Source of the DNA: Bacteroidales bacterium
GTDB lineage: Bacteria; Bacteroidota; Bacteroidia; Bacteroidales; GWF2-38-335
Assembly: GCA_016936815.1 (NCBI GenBank)
Contig: JAFGXD010000098.1
Span: 12,987 to 76,986 of the forward strand
Reading direction: 5' to 3'
DNA length: 64,000 nucleotides
Part shown: piece by piece, positions 8,459 to 18,100 of the stretch
Layout of the letters: the number at the start of each line of letters is the position of its first letter
Numbering within the stretch: the stretch's first letter is position 1
Notes under the pieces: generated by a model
Seen by the model: only the letters and a program-made list of their open reading frames with translations
Told to the model about the DNA's origin: nothing
Databases searched by the model: none
Made by a program: the position numbers and the translations under genes

Positions 8459-9619
8459 TTATCTGATAATGAACTTCTTCTTGTATATTTTATCCTGAGA
8501 GGTTCCTACTATAATATAAGTTCCAGGAGACAGAACATTGTTAGGGTCAACTGCTTCAAGAACACTTCCACTTAGGTCGGTAAACAGAACTTTTGAATAT
8601 TTCAATTTCCCCATAATGTCGTTAACAATAACTAAAACCTCTTTATTAGGATCAAGCCCTTCAAAATTGACATTAATTGTTTCTCCTTTTTCAGCAGGAT
8701 TTGGAAATACAAGCATATCACCGGAAAAAATACTTTCGAAACGGAAAGGAACAATTGGTGAGAAAGCTGTTGTACCATCATAATCTACTTGTCTCAAACG
8801 ATAGTAAGCCAATCCATTTTCCGGAGCAGTATCTTCAGCCGAATAATGCGTTAATTCTGAAGTGTTTCCTGCGCCCATTACTTTTGTAAGTTCCACAAAT
8901 TGTTTCCCATCAACAGATCTTTCAACAATAAAGTGAGAGTTATTAATTTCAGAAGCGGTTGTCCATTCAAGTCTTACTCCGAAAAACTCCGCATGAAGAG
9001 CACTAAAACTTATTAATTCAACAGGAAGTGGAAATGGAATTTCTGAACCGGGAGGTATAGAGCTATTGGGACTAAATCCAAATGTAGTTCCGCTTCCTGT
9101 AAATGTTCCTGCTGAAATTGACCCCGTTCCTGCAATTATTCCACCATTTCCATTATAAAAATCACCTGTAACATCAACTGCTCCATCAATTGAAACATCG
9201 TCACTATTGTTCATGTTGGTAAGGTCGTTTAATACAATGGTTGTGGAATTAGTTAGTAAATTTACAAATGATCCGTTGTAGAATGTCAAATCCCAAACCC
9301 TAAGCAATCCATCAGAATTTAATGTTCCTCCGGCATTTACTTCTAAATTGTAAGTGTTTGTTGTTAAACTTGCACCATTTGCAATTGTAAGAGATTCTCT
9401 AATTCTAAAATTAACATCAAGAGTCATGTCGGTTTCTACATAAATAATATCTCGTTCTCCCGGAACTGCACCACATGGAGCTCCGCCTGATGAAAAAGAC
9501 CAATACCCTCCGTTATTCCAGTTTCCGCCCATTCCCATACCGTCTAAAATTGAATAGAATGTACCAGAAAATGCGGATATTGAAGATATTAAAAATATTA
9601 TTAGTATGTTTTTTTTCAT
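8459..9619 (-). CDS. T9SS-secreted beta-helix-like surface protein (type-A C-terminal sorting domain)
   Basis: Likely start is MKKNILIIFLISS (the listed ORF extends to 9646). The C-terminus LVFPNPAEKGETINV...YIIVGTSQDKIYKKKFIIR resembles a T9SS CTD. The internal LPVELISF...YYRLRQVDYDG module is shared with the ORF at 21607-23007. Confidence 0.7.
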   Translation of the reverse strand: MKKNILIIFLISSISAFSGTFYSILDGMGMGGNWNNGGYWSFSSGGAPCGAVPGERDIIYVETDMTLDVNFRIRESLTIANGASLTTNTYNLEVNAGGTLNSDGLLRVWDLTFYNGSFVNLLTNSTTIVLNDLTNMNNSDDVSIDGAVDVTGDFYNGNGGIIAGTGSISAGTFTGSGTTFGFSPNSSIPPGSEIPFPLPVELISFSALHAEFFGVRLEWTTASEINNSHFIVERSVDGKQFVELTKVMGAGNTSELTHYSAEDTAPENGLAYYRLRQVDYDGTTAFSPIVPFRFESIFSGDMLVFPNPAEKGETINVNFEGLDPNKEVLVIVNDIMGKLKYSKVLFTDLSGSVLEAVDPNNVLSPGTYIIVGTSQDKIYKKKFIIR

Positions 9620-9774
9620 TTTGTTTTTTTGGGTGTTAATACTCATCGGGATACGTATTAATACCTAATTTTGTTCTATTTAAGTTGTATAAAAATGATG
9701 AAGACTTTTTAAAAGATGGTAAACGGCAAATTTTTTCATGCTAAATATCATAGTTAATTACTCAGAATTATGCT

Positions 9775-9782
9775 TATCTTTG
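9775..9782 (+). promoter_or_regulatory. Bacteroidota-type -7 promoter box for kbl
   Basis: TATCTTTG, 40 nt upstream of the ATG at 9822. It lies inside the longer listed ORF, which argues for the shorter start. Confidence 0.45.
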
Positions 9783-9821
9783 ATTCCCAAAATTTTTGTT
9801 AAACCTTTAGAAAATAAAAAA

Positions 9822-11012
9822 ATGTATAAACGAGTTCAGGAATTTCTTCAGAAAGAGATCAGCGACATTAGAGAAGCAGGTCTGTATAAAAACGAAAGAA
9901 TAATTGTTTCACCACAAGGTGCTGACATTAAGGTAAGTACCGGTGCTGATGTGCTTAATTTTTGTGCCAACAATTACCTTGGATTATCAAATCATCCACA
10001 GTTGGTAAAAGCTGCAAAAGATGCTATGGATTCTCATGGTTATGGTATGTCATCTGTACGCTTTATTTGCGGAACACAAGATTTGCACAAGAAATTGGAG
10101 CAAAAAGTTGCCGACTTTTTTGGTACAGAAGACACAATTTTGTACGCTGCATGTTTCGACGCAAATGGTGGTGTTTTCGAGCCTTTGCTTAACGAACAGG
10201 ATGCTATTATCTCCGATTCATTAAACCATGCTTCAATTATTGACGGTGTTAGACTTTGTAAAGCACAAAGATACCGTTACGAAAATGCAAACATGCAAGA
10301 TTTGGAAGAACAACTAAAACTTGCTCAAGCACAACGTTTTCGTCTAATTGTTACCGATGGAGTTTTCTCAATGGACGGTAATGTTGCTCCAATGGATAAA
10401 ATTGTTGAGCTTGCCGAAAAATATGATGCAATGGTTATGGTTGACGAATGTCACTCTGCCGGAGTTGTTGGTAAAACAGGAAGAGGTGTTACCGAACAAT
10501 TTAATGTTAGAGGTAAGGTTGAAATTATTACAGGAACTCTTGGAAAAGCTTTTGGTGGTGCTATTGGCGGTTTCACTACAGGTAAAAAAGAAATTATTGA
10601 ATTACTTCGTCAGCGTTCACGTCCTTATTTATTCTCAAACTCAATTCCACCTTCAGTTGCAAACGCCGGAATTCGTATGTTTGAAATGATGGACGAAACT
10701 TCAGAACTTCAGGATAAACTACACAGAAATACTGATTATTTTGTAGAAAAAATGAAAGCTGCCGGCTTCGACTTAAAGCCAACAAAATCAGCTATTTGTG
10801 CAGTAATGTTGTACGACGCTAAACTTTCTCAGGATTTTGCTGCTAAACTTCTTGAAGAAGGTATTTATGTTATTGGATTCTACTATCCTGTTGTTCCAAA
10901 AGGACAGGCAAGAATTAGAGTTCAGCTTTCTGCTGCTCACGAAACAGCTCATTTAGATAAAGCTGTTGCTGCCTTTACTAAAGTTGGAAAAGAACTTGGC
11001 GTTCTAAAATAG
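9822..11012 (+). CDS. kbl: Glycine C-acetyltransferase (2-amino-3-ketobutyrate CoA ligase)
   Basis: 396 aa from MYKRVQEFL. NFCANNYLGLSNHP, SVRFICGTQ and the PLP-lysine context TGTLGKAFGG. Confidence 0.9.
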   Translation: MYKRVQEFLQKEISDIREAGLYKNERIIVSPQGADIKVSTGADVLNFCANNYLGLSNHPQLVKAAKDAMDSHGYGMSSVRFICGTQDLHKKLEQKVADFFGTEDTILYAACFDANGGVFEPLLNEQDAIISDSLNHASIIDGVRLCKAQRYRYENANMQDLEEQLKLAQAQRFRLIVTDGVFSMDGNVAPMDKIVELAEKYDAMVMVDECHSAGVVGKTGRGVTEQFNVRGKVEIITGTLGKAFGGAIGGFTTGKKEIIELLRQRSRPYLFSNSIPPSVANAGIRMFEMMDETSELQDKLHRNTDYFVEKMKAAGFDLKPTKSAICAVMLYDAKLSQDFAAKLLEEGIYVIGFYYPVVPKGQARIRVQLSAAHETAHLDKAVAAFTKVGKELGVLK

Positions 11013-11037
11013 ATTATTTGCTGAATTTTAAATACTT

Positions 11038-11072
11038 AAGAGGCTGTCCACTTTTGAACAGCCTCTTTTTTA
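11038..11072 (+). terminator. Rho-independent terminator after kbl
   Basis: Perfect 10-bp stem AAGAGGCTGT / ACAGCCTCTT with a 10-nt loop, followed by TTTTT. Confidence 0.7.
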
Positions 11073-11198
11073 ATTGTTAATATTTCTAAATACTCTTTTG
11101 TTTGAATTTCTCAAGAACTAGAACTCTCCATTACCGTATTTCTTTCCCCAAAAAAATCTTCAAACTGTAATATCTTTTCAAAAAAAAACTGCAATACT

Positions 11199-13589
11199 CT
11201 ATTCTTCAAATTCAAAAAACCCTTTCTTTTCTTCTTTCTTTCCAATCCCAAAAGTGTAGCGTATGTTTATTCCAAAGCGACGGTTATCGGTGTACCTGTC
11301 GCCCCAGGCATTAACGCCTCCCTGATTTAGTTCGTAGGCTACTAACATGGTCTTAAAAATGTCTCTAACATTAAAACTTACAGTAAGTTTATTGTCGAGA
11401 AAATTCTGTCGCAGACCAATATTCAACATTCCAAAATCTTTAAGCTCGTAAAAGTTCATAAACCCATCTTTCATAATAAATCCAAAAACTGTAAATTTTG
11501 TATTCTTAGTAATTGAAAGCATGTGAAAAGTGAAAAACCTCCAACTGCTTCTGCTATAGGAAAGAGGCTGATTTTCATATAAACCATCATATTCGTTTTT
11601 CGAAAATTGCGCACCCAATGCAAAAAAATACTTTCCTCCGGGTGGAATCCCTACCATTCCTCGTAAATATGTTTCAATGTTTTTCCCCAAATTATCGTAA
11701 GTTCTAATTGCAACATCCTCGAATTGAGGATTTTGATAAACTACCTGCGAAAAAATATCTGTGGTATAATTTCGACCTATTGCAAATACAGGATGGTCTT
11801 CGAAACTAACATTAATTTCTACATTGTCGCTAAACTGAGGTTTAAGGGCAGGATTTCCTGTTTCGTACATATATTGGTCTACAAAACTTATGGCAGGATT
11901 TAACATTCCATATTCCGGTCGGTTTATGGTGCGACGATAAATCATGTAGGCATGAAGCTCTATTCCCATCATCTTTATAATTCTTCTACTTAGATAAATG
12001 TAGGGAAAAAAATCGGCTCTGTTTATTAAAAATGATGTGTCGGAGGGAATAGTCTGACTACCTTTCATATAAGTATGCTCCATTCTCACTCCGGTTTTTA
12101 AAATCAGGCCATCTTTTATGGTTTTTGAAAATTGAAAATAAGCTGCATTAATACTTTCATTATAATTGAAAGAGTTTGTTCTGGAAGGGTCTTCAAGGCT
12201 TGTTTCCCCCAACAAATAAAAGTACTTTACATTACTGTTGAAATTCTGAAAACTGCTTTTTACTCCTGTTTCAATTTTTAGTTTTTTAGGAAAATGGTAA
12301 GTTAAGTCGCTTTGCAAAACAGAAAAATGCCTTTGTTGTTCATTATCACCAAATCCGTTAATTGAATAATTTGAAGGAATTGTAAAAATATATTCGTAAT
12401 CCTGATTCAATATTCTGCTATTGAAGTTATAAGAAAACTTACTGTCCCATTCGGAACCCGAACTATCTAGTTTTACCAAAGCACCAAAATCTTGCTGAAT
12501 ATTTATAAAATCCGAGTTATTTTCAATAATATTTTGATTTTCTGAAAGGTATACATCTTCAATTGTTTCAGTTAGATTAGAGTTATTAGTTTTTGTTTGG
12601 GGAATTGAATAGTTTATTCTACCATCGTAACTAAGGTTAAGTTTTTCATTTGGGTCGTAAGTAATTCCATAACCGGCATACATCTGATGGTTGAGATTTC
12701 TGGTAATAGCCGATTGCCGAAGAAAAGTGTCGGTTTGCAAAAGACGATTTACATTAAGCAGCTCCTCCATGTCGTTGTAATTGTAGTTTACATTTAGGTA
12801 TTGACTGGTTTTTTCTCCGCTGTTATTAATTGTAAAACCTGCAAACTTATTACCGTATTTTCCTTGGTTAAAACCTGCCGAAACTGAGCCGAAACGACCA
12901 ATTTTTACTCCTTTTTTTAGAACAATATTAATAATTCCTCCCGAACTTGCCGCATCGTATTTTGTTGAAGGTGTTCTCATTACTTCAATTCTTTGCACAG
13001 AACCCGGAGGAAGACTACGAAGAATTGTTGAAACATCCTGATTATTCATTTTTTGTTCCCGGCCATTAATATATACCTTAGCGGGAGTAGCACTTGAGAG
13101 ATAAATTCCACCGTCCTGATCTACAAACAAACCGGGAGTGCTTTCCAGAACTTCAAGAGTGTTGGTGGATGTTTGAGCCATGTTTTCCGGATCAATAATC
13201 ATTTTGTCGTCTTCCTGCCTAATTAGTGGGGTTTTTGCTTTTACCTCAACAACATCAATGCCTACGGAACTTTCTTTAAGTCGAAACCAGAATGTTCTCT
13301 CATCGGGCTTCACCATAATAGATTTATTAAGAGTTTCGAAGCCCACAAAGCTAATTTTAACAGCATAAAGAGTGTTTTCAAGTTTTTCGAAAACGGCAAT
13401 ACCTTCCTGATTTGTACTAGCAAAAAACTCCTTTGAATCGGATGTCTTCGTAAGCTGAACGGTTGCTCCGGGCATGGGCTTACGGTCGTTATCGCGTACG
13501 TTAATTTTTACGGTTTGAGAACGACTATTATTTACAAAAAAGATAATAATAAATAAAAATAGAGTAAAATTTAGTTTGTTTTTGCTCAT
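11199..13589 (-). CDS. TonB-dependent-receptor-like outer-membrane beta-barrel protein with N-terminal carboxypeptidase-regulatory-like domain
   Basis: Probable start is MSKNKLNFTLFLF (the listed ORF extends to 13643 and would overlap yjbQ). VKINVRDNDRKPMPGATV resembles a CarboxypepD_reg fold. A plug-like region, a long beta-rich body and a C-terminal aromatic-rich end. Confidence 0.65.
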   Translation of the reverse strand: MSKNKLNFTLFLFIIIFFVNNSRSQTVKINVRDNDRKPMPGATVQLTKTSDSKEFFASTNQEGIAVFEKLENTLYAVKISFVGFETLNKSIMVKPDERTFWFRLKESSVGIDVVEVKAKTPLIRQEDDKMIIDPENMAQTSTNTLEVLESTPGLFVDQDGGIYLSSATPAKVYINGREQKMNNQDVSTILRSLPPGSVQRIEVMRTPSTKYDAASSGGIINIVLKKGVKIGRFGSVSAGFNQGKYGNKFAGFTINNSGEKTSQYLNVNYNYNDMEELLNVNRLLQTDTFLRQSAITRNLNHQMYAGYGITYDPNEKLNLSYDGRINYSIPQTKTNNSNLTETIEDVYLSENQNIIENNSDFINIQQDFGALVKLDSSGSEWDSKFSYNFNSRILNQDYEYIFTIPSNYSINGFGDNEQQRHFSVLQSDLTYHFPKKLKIETGVKSSFQNFNSNVKYFYLLGETSLEDPSRTNSFNYNESINAAYFQFSKTIKDGLILKTGVRMEHTYMKGSQTIPSDTSFLINRADFFPYIYLSRRIIKMMGIELHAYMIYRRTINRPEYGMLNPAISFVDQYMYETGNPALKPQFSDNVEINVSFEDHPVFAIGRNYTTDIFSQVVYQNPQFEDVAIRTYDNLGKNIETYLRGMVGIPPGGKYFFALGAQFSKNEYDGLYENQPLSYSRSSWRFFTFHMLSITKNTKFTVFGFIMKDGFMNFYELKDFGMLNIGLRQNFLDNKLTVSFNVRDIFKTMLVAYELNQGGVNAWGDRYTDNRRFGINIRYTFGIGKKEEKKGFFEFEE

Positions 13590-13632
13590 AAAAAAATCTG
13601 ATGAATTAGGCTGTAAATATACTTGTAAATAT

Positions 13633-14049
13633 TTACTCGCCAATAATTTTCACCAAAACTCTTTTTCTTCTTTTTCCATCGAATTCTCCGTAGAAAATCT
13701 GTTCCCATGGACCAAAATCCAGATTTCCATCTGTAATAGCCACCACAACCTCTCTGCCCATAATTGTTCTCTTAAGATGAGCATCGGCATTGTCTTCGTA
13801 ACTATTGTGACGGTATTGATTATGAGGATGTTCGGGAGCAAGTTTCTCTAACCAAATTTCAAAATCTTTGTGAAGACCCGATTCATCGTCGTTTATAAAC
13901 ACACTGGAAGTAATGTGCATTGCATTTACAAGACAAAGTCCTTCTTTAATTCCACTTTCGGTAAGACATTGTTTAATTTTTGGAGTAATGTTTATTAACT
14001 CTCTTCGGTTCTTAATATCGAACCAAAGTTCTTTTCTGTACGATTTCAT
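13633..14049 (-). CDS. yjbQ: YjbQ/UPF0047 family protein (secondary thiamine-phosphate synthase enzyme)
   Basis: 138 aa. [26 protein letters not shown] and [13 protein letters not shown]...[13 protein letters not shown] match the family pattern. Confidence 0.75.
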   Translation of the reverse strand: MKSYRKELWFDIKNRRELINITPKIKQCLTESGIKEGLCLVNAMHITSSVFINDDESGLHKDFEIWLEKLAPEHPHNQYRHNSYEDNADAHLKRTIMGREVVVAITDGNLDFGPWEQIFYGEFDGKRRKRVLVKIIGE

Positions 14050-14073
14050 TCTTAGGAAATTATTTGCAATCTT

Positions 14074-14610
14074 TTATTTGTTTTCTATCCAGTCGGTAAT
14101 AGCTTTATCGTCGGGTTCGGTTTTTGTTCCGTGCACTGCAACCAGTTTGCCGTTTTCATCTATTAGATACTTTTGAAAATTCCATTTTACATCAGAATCT
14201 TCAAATCCATTTTTCTCTTTGCTTGTAAGCCAGAGATAGAGAGGGTGCATATCGTCTCCTTTAACAGATATTTTTTCCATCATTGGAAAGCTAACTCCAA
14301 ATTTTTTCTCGCAAAATTCTTTAATTTCTTTGTTTTTAGCAGGTTCCTGATTGGCGAAATTATTTGCAGGGAAACCAATAATTACGAAGCTACTGTCTTT
14401 ATACTTGTCATAAAGTTCTTGTAGAGCTTTATACTGGTAAGTAAATCCGCATTTTGAAGCGGTGTTTACAATCATTACTTTTTTCCCTTTAAGACTTGAA
14501 AAGTCGAACTTTTTTCCGTCTATATCTTTCACCTGAAATGAATAGAAATCTTCCTGTGAGTAGGAAAATGCTGCTAACGATAGCAAAATAGCTGTTATTA
14601 CTGTTTTCAT
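14074..14610 (-). CDS. Glutathione peroxidase (Cys type, secreted/periplasmic)
   Basis: KGKKVMIVNTASKCGFT, GFPANNFANQEP and WNFQKYLID motifs with an N-terminal signal peptide. Confidence 0.85.
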   Translation of the reverse strand: MKTVITAILLSLAAFSYSQEDFYSFQVKDIDGKKFDFSSLKGKKVMIVNTASKCGFTYQYKALQELYDKYKDSSFVIIGFPANNFANQEPAKNKEIKEFCEKKFGVSFPMMEKISVKGDDMHPLYLWLTSKEKNGFEDSDVKWNFQKYLIDENGKLVAVHGTKTEPDDKAITDWIENK

Positions 14611-15010
14611 ATTTTTTGTTTTTAATTGTTGTTTTTGTTTGTAATGTTAATTTTTAAATAATATACTAGACTTTCCGACTATTATCGATTAGTCTTTCTA
14701 GGTCAATCACCCTGCCCTTTTCTAAGGGGAATGTCCATTATCATTCTTTTTCCCTGGCCAATCAACTTTTCGACCTTGTGACCCCGTCACTTCGTCACCC
14801 CGTCACCAATTATTAACCCGAAAATTACTAAAAAGTTCACAATCCGCAAAAAAAACCTCAAGTGTACGCTATCGTACATCTTCTGTATGAACGTGGACAG
14901 AAAAGTAATTTATAATAACTTCTTTATGTATTGAATAACAGCCACTTATAAACTTTGGCATAAACTTGGTATTAAAGGTAGTAAAGATGTAAAACTAAAA
15001 TGACTTTATT

Positions 15011-15355
15011 ATGAAAACAACAGCGTTAACTCTACTAATGGTTCTTTGCATAACAGTTATGGCCAAAAACCAGAGCTTCGACAAGCCGGCTAAAATTTAT
15101 GAAGATAAATGTTTAACCAGAACTTTGGAGAAGACAATGAAAAATCCTTCTGAAATTCAGATAGATGACAATTCTTATGTAATTGCAACATTTATTTTGG
15201 ATGAAAACGGGAATATTTCCATAAAGGAAGTTAAGTCGGTAAATCAACAGCTTGCAGATTACGTTTCGGCAAGACTTGAAACATTCCGACCGGAAATTCT
15301 GGAAGAAGGTACTTTGGGAAGGGAATTGACTTATAAGTTTCTTTTCAAGGTTTAA
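15011..15355 (+). CDS. Hypothetical secreted protein
   Basis: 114-aa ORF with a signal peptide (MKTTALTLLMVLCITVMA), followed by a terminator. No recognisable motif. Confidence 0.4.
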   Translation: MKTTALTLLMVLCITVMAKNQSFDKPAKIYEDKCLTRTLEKTMKNPSEIQIDDNSYVIATFILDENGNISIKEVKSVNQQLADYVSARLETFRPEILEEGTLGRELTYKFLFKV

Positions 15356-15404
15356 AAAAGGCTTTTCTTCATAAGGATAAGTGCAATAAGTTAAGTAGTG
15401 AATG

Positions 15405-15443
15405 AGAGAGGGCGATACAAGGTATCGACCCTCTTTCTTTTTT
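15405..15443 (+). terminator. Rho-independent terminator
   Basis: Stem GAGGG-CGATAC / GTATCG(A)CCCTC with one bulge and a 3-nt loop, followed by TTTCTTTTTT. Confidence 0.6.
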
Positions 15444-17898
15444 ATCTTATTTCGGCAGAAAGTTGTTCTTTATAAACGGTAATTAACCGGCTCATAATCT
15501 TATCTATCTGCTTGTCTGTTAGTGTTTTTTCTTTATCCTGAAACACAAAACTTACAGCATACGATTTCTTTTCTTTTGCGATTTTATCTCCCTTATAAAA
15601 ATCGAACATTGAAACTTTTACAAGTAATTCTCTTTCGGTTTTATGAGCCAATTCTTTTATTTTGCTGAATTTCACACCATTGTCTATTAGCAATGCTAAA
15701 TCTCTTCGAACAGCAGGAAATTTAGATATTTCAGCAAAGCTAACATCCTCCTTCGAGACGGTATTAAGTAATTCTGTATAATTAATATCTCCAAAAAACA
15801 CCTCCTGTCTAATATCGAAATTATTAAGCAGTTTTTTGTCAACTATTCCTACACTTGCTAATACTTTGTTATTTTTAAGTTTATATGCAAAACCTGCAGA
15901 AATTACATCGTCCGAAAATTCTTCCCAAATTAAACTATCTAAATGAATTCCGGTTCTTTTTAAAATATTTTCCAAATAAGATTTTAGATAAAAAACTGAA
16001 GTCTTGCTTCCGGGGGTTATCCAATTTATCAATTCTTTTTCTCCGGAAATAAACATTCCAATATGAGCCTCTTCTAAATAATTATCTCTTGGATTCTCGC
16101 TATTAAGATTTTTGTCTGAAAAATAACAATTACCAATTTCAAAAATTTTAATGTCGGAATTTTTCCTGTTTATGTTATAAGAAATAACCTCCAGTCCACC
16201 GTAAAGCAAAGTCTGTCGCATGCAATTTAAATCGTTGCTTAAAGGATTCAGAATTTTAACTAATCTACTTTCCGGAAATTTGTTATTTCCTTCGTAATAA
16301 GAAGATTTGGTTAGAGAATTATTCATTATCTCGTTAAAACCATTTGAACTTAAATACCCGGAAATTGTGTTTGTAATAAGCTCTTTATTAGGCTTTTTAG
16401 AAATTGTAATTGCTGAATTTACAGTTTCAGAAATTTCAATATTATTATATCCGTATATTCTTAGAATTTCTTCAATAACATCGGCAGGTCTTTTAACATC
16501 AACGCGGTAAGCAGGAATTTCGAGCAAAAGTGCTTTTTCTTTTTCAGCAAGAATTTTGATATCCAAAGATGCAAGGATGTTTTTTATTTGGTTTCTCTCA
16601 AGTTGTTTTCCAATAAGGCTTTCCACTTCAGCAAAACTTAATTCAACAGAAGTATTTTTTATTGGATGAGGGTATATGTCAACTATTTCAGAAGAAATTT
16701 CACCTCCGGCAATTTCCTTAATAAGCATTGCTGCACGTTTTAGAGCATAAACCGTAATATTTGGATCGGAACCTCTTTCGAAACGGAAAGAAGCATCGGT
16801 ACTTAATCCATGTCTTTTTGCCGATTTTCTTATGCTTACGGGGTTAAAACAAGCCGATTCGAGAAAAATATTTTTTGTTGTTTCCTTAATTCCTGAATCA
16901 ATTCCCCCAAAAACTCCTCCAATGCACATTCCTCCGTTAGAATTGCAAATCATTAAATCTTCTGAAGAAAGTTTTCTTTCAACTTCATCCAGAGTAACAA
17001 AAGTAGTTCCCTCTTGTAAGTTTTTAACTATCACTTTGTTTCCTTGAATTTTATCCAAATCGAAAGCATGCAAAGGTTGGCCAATTTCAAACAGAACAAA
17101 ATTGGTAACATCAACTACATTATTAATAGGTTTGTGACCAATAGACAAAAGTCTTTCTTGCAGCCACTTTGGACTTTCCCCTACTTTAACGCCCGAAATA
17201 GTTAATCCTGAGTATCTTGGACAAGCTTCAGGATTTTCCACAATAATTTCAATTGGATTTGAATTATTGTCAATTTTAAAATTATCAACAATTGGTTTAT
17301 TAAGTTCCACCTCTTCAAAATACTGACGCATAAAAGCAGCTAAGTCTCTGGCCACGCCAAAATGAGAAGCTCCATCTATTCTGTTTGGAGTCAATTCAAC
17401 TTCAAAAATAGTATCGGAAGATATTTTAAAATAACTCGCAGCCGAAGTGCCAGGTTTGGCATCGTTTGGCAGCACCATTATTCCTTCGTGCGATGTTCCA
17501 AGTCCAATTTCATCTTCTGCACAAATCATTCCTTCCGAAACCTGACCTCGAATTTTTGCTTTTTTAATTGTAAAACTTTCATCGTTATGGTACAGAGTTG
17601 TTCCAACGGTTGCAACAACTACTTTCTGACCGGCTTCCACGTTGGGCGCACCACAAACAATATGTAAAGGCTCTGCTCCGCCAACATCAACTGTGGTAAG
17701 ACTTAGTTTATCGGCATCAGGATGTTTTTCTTTTGTTAAAACTCTTCCAATAATAATACCTTCAAGACCGCCTTTAAGCGACTGAAATTTTTCAGTACCA
17801 CTAACTTCTAAGCCAATATCGGTAAGTATTTCAGAAACTTTTTCAGAATCAATTTCAAGATTCAAATACTCCTTTAACCAATTGTATGAAATTTTCAT
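15442..17898 (-). CDS. pheT: Phenylalanine--tRNA ligase beta subunit
   Basis: 818 aa. MKISYNWLKEYL N-terminus, tRNA-binding domain (KHPDADKL), B3/4 and B5 regions, and a C-terminal anticodon-binding-like domain. Confidence 0.9.
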   Translation of the reverse strand: MKISYNWLKEYLNLEIDSEKVSEILTDIGLEVSGTEKFQSLKGGLEGIIIGRVLTKEKHPDADKLSLTTVDVGGAEPLHIVCGAPNVEAGQKVVVATVGTTLYHNDESFTIKKAKIRGQVSEGMICAEDEIGLGTSHEGIMVLPNDAKPGTSAASYFKISSDTIFEVELTPNRIDGASHFGVARDLAAFMRQYFEEVELNKPIVDNFKIDNNSNPIEIIVENPEACPRYSGLTISGVKVGESPKWLQERLLSIGHKPINNVVDVTNFVLFEIGQPLHAFDLDKIQGNKVIVKNLQEGTTFVTLDEVERKLSSEDLMICNSNGGMCIGGVFGGIDSGIKETTKNIFLESACFNPVSIRKSAKRHGLSTDASFRFERGSDPNITVYALKRAAMLIKEIAGGEISSEIVDIYPHPIKNTSVELSFAEVESLIGKQLERNQIKNILASLDIKILAEKEKALLLEIPAYRVDVKRPADVIEEILRIYGYNNIEISETVNSAITISKKPNKELITNTISGYLSSNGFNEIMNNSLTKSSYYEGNNKFPESRLVKILNPLSNDLNCMRQTLLYGGLEVISYNINRKNSDIKIFEIGNCYFSDKNLNSENPRDNYLEEAHIGMFISGEKELINWITPGSKTSVFYLKSYLENILKRTGIHLDSLIWEEFSDDVISAGFAYKLKNNKVLASVGIVDKKLLNNFDIRQEVFFGDINYTELLNTVSKEDVSFAEISKFPAVRRDLALLIDNGVKFSKIKELAHKTERELLVKVSMFDFYKGDKIAKEKKSYAVSFVFQDKEKTLTDKQIDKIMSRLITVYKEQLSAEIR

Positions 17899-17926
17899 GC
17901 GTAAAATATTTTCGAATTCGAACCAA

Positions 17927-17934
17927 CAAAATTA
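17927..17934 (-). promoter_or_regulatory. Bacteroidota-type -7 promoter box for pheT
   Basis: Plus-strand CAAAATTA is TAATTTTG on the minus strand, 29 nt upstream of the ATG (17898). Confidence 0.4.
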
Positions 17935-18067
17935 ATAATAATTGGGTTTTATGGTCAGAAAAATGACATTTATTATAAGACATATTTTCAATTCCCCTCC
18001 CCCACTTATTAACATCCAAATTTTAAAACATTTTTTAAACAATCATTTTTGTTGAGGGCTAAAAAAC

Positions 18068-18075
18068 TATCTTTG
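18068..18075 (+). promoter_or_regulatory. Bacteroidota-type -7 promoter box for surE
   Basis: TATCTTTG, 26 nt upstream of the ATG at 18101. Confidence 0.45.
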
Positions 18076-18100
18076 CTACTGCTAAAAAAAAAGGTCTAAG

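Noticed and set aside
9738-9821. Longer N-terminal extensions offered by the ORF track (kbl from 9738, TonB-like receptor from 13643, mnmD from 48530, lipoprotein from 28801, hpt-adk from 41611, T9SS cargo from 9646).
   Set aside because: Internal ATGs give canonical N-termini or signal peptides. In three cases (kbl, mnmD, hpt-adk) a TAnnTTTG promoter box lies inside or after the extension. The receptor extension would overlap yjbQ.
14778-14806. GTGAC-CCC-GTCAC mini-hairpin and a CCCCGTCAC direct repeat (14782-14790 and 14798-14806) in the 400-nt gpx upstream gap. The same gap also holds a TGTACG-CTAT-CGTACA hairpin about 70 nt further downstream.
   Set aside because: There are only two 9-nt copies, no ORF longer than 17 codons in any frame, and no terminator or promoter context I could tie to them. 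It may be decayed sequence, and the evidence is too thin to call a feature.
17911-17922. Perfect 12-bp palindrome TTCGAATTCGAA just upstream of the pheT start.
   Set aside because: It is short, AT-rich and unique in the window. It is compatible with chance or a minor 5'-UTR hairpin, and there is no second copy or flanking motif to suggest an operator.
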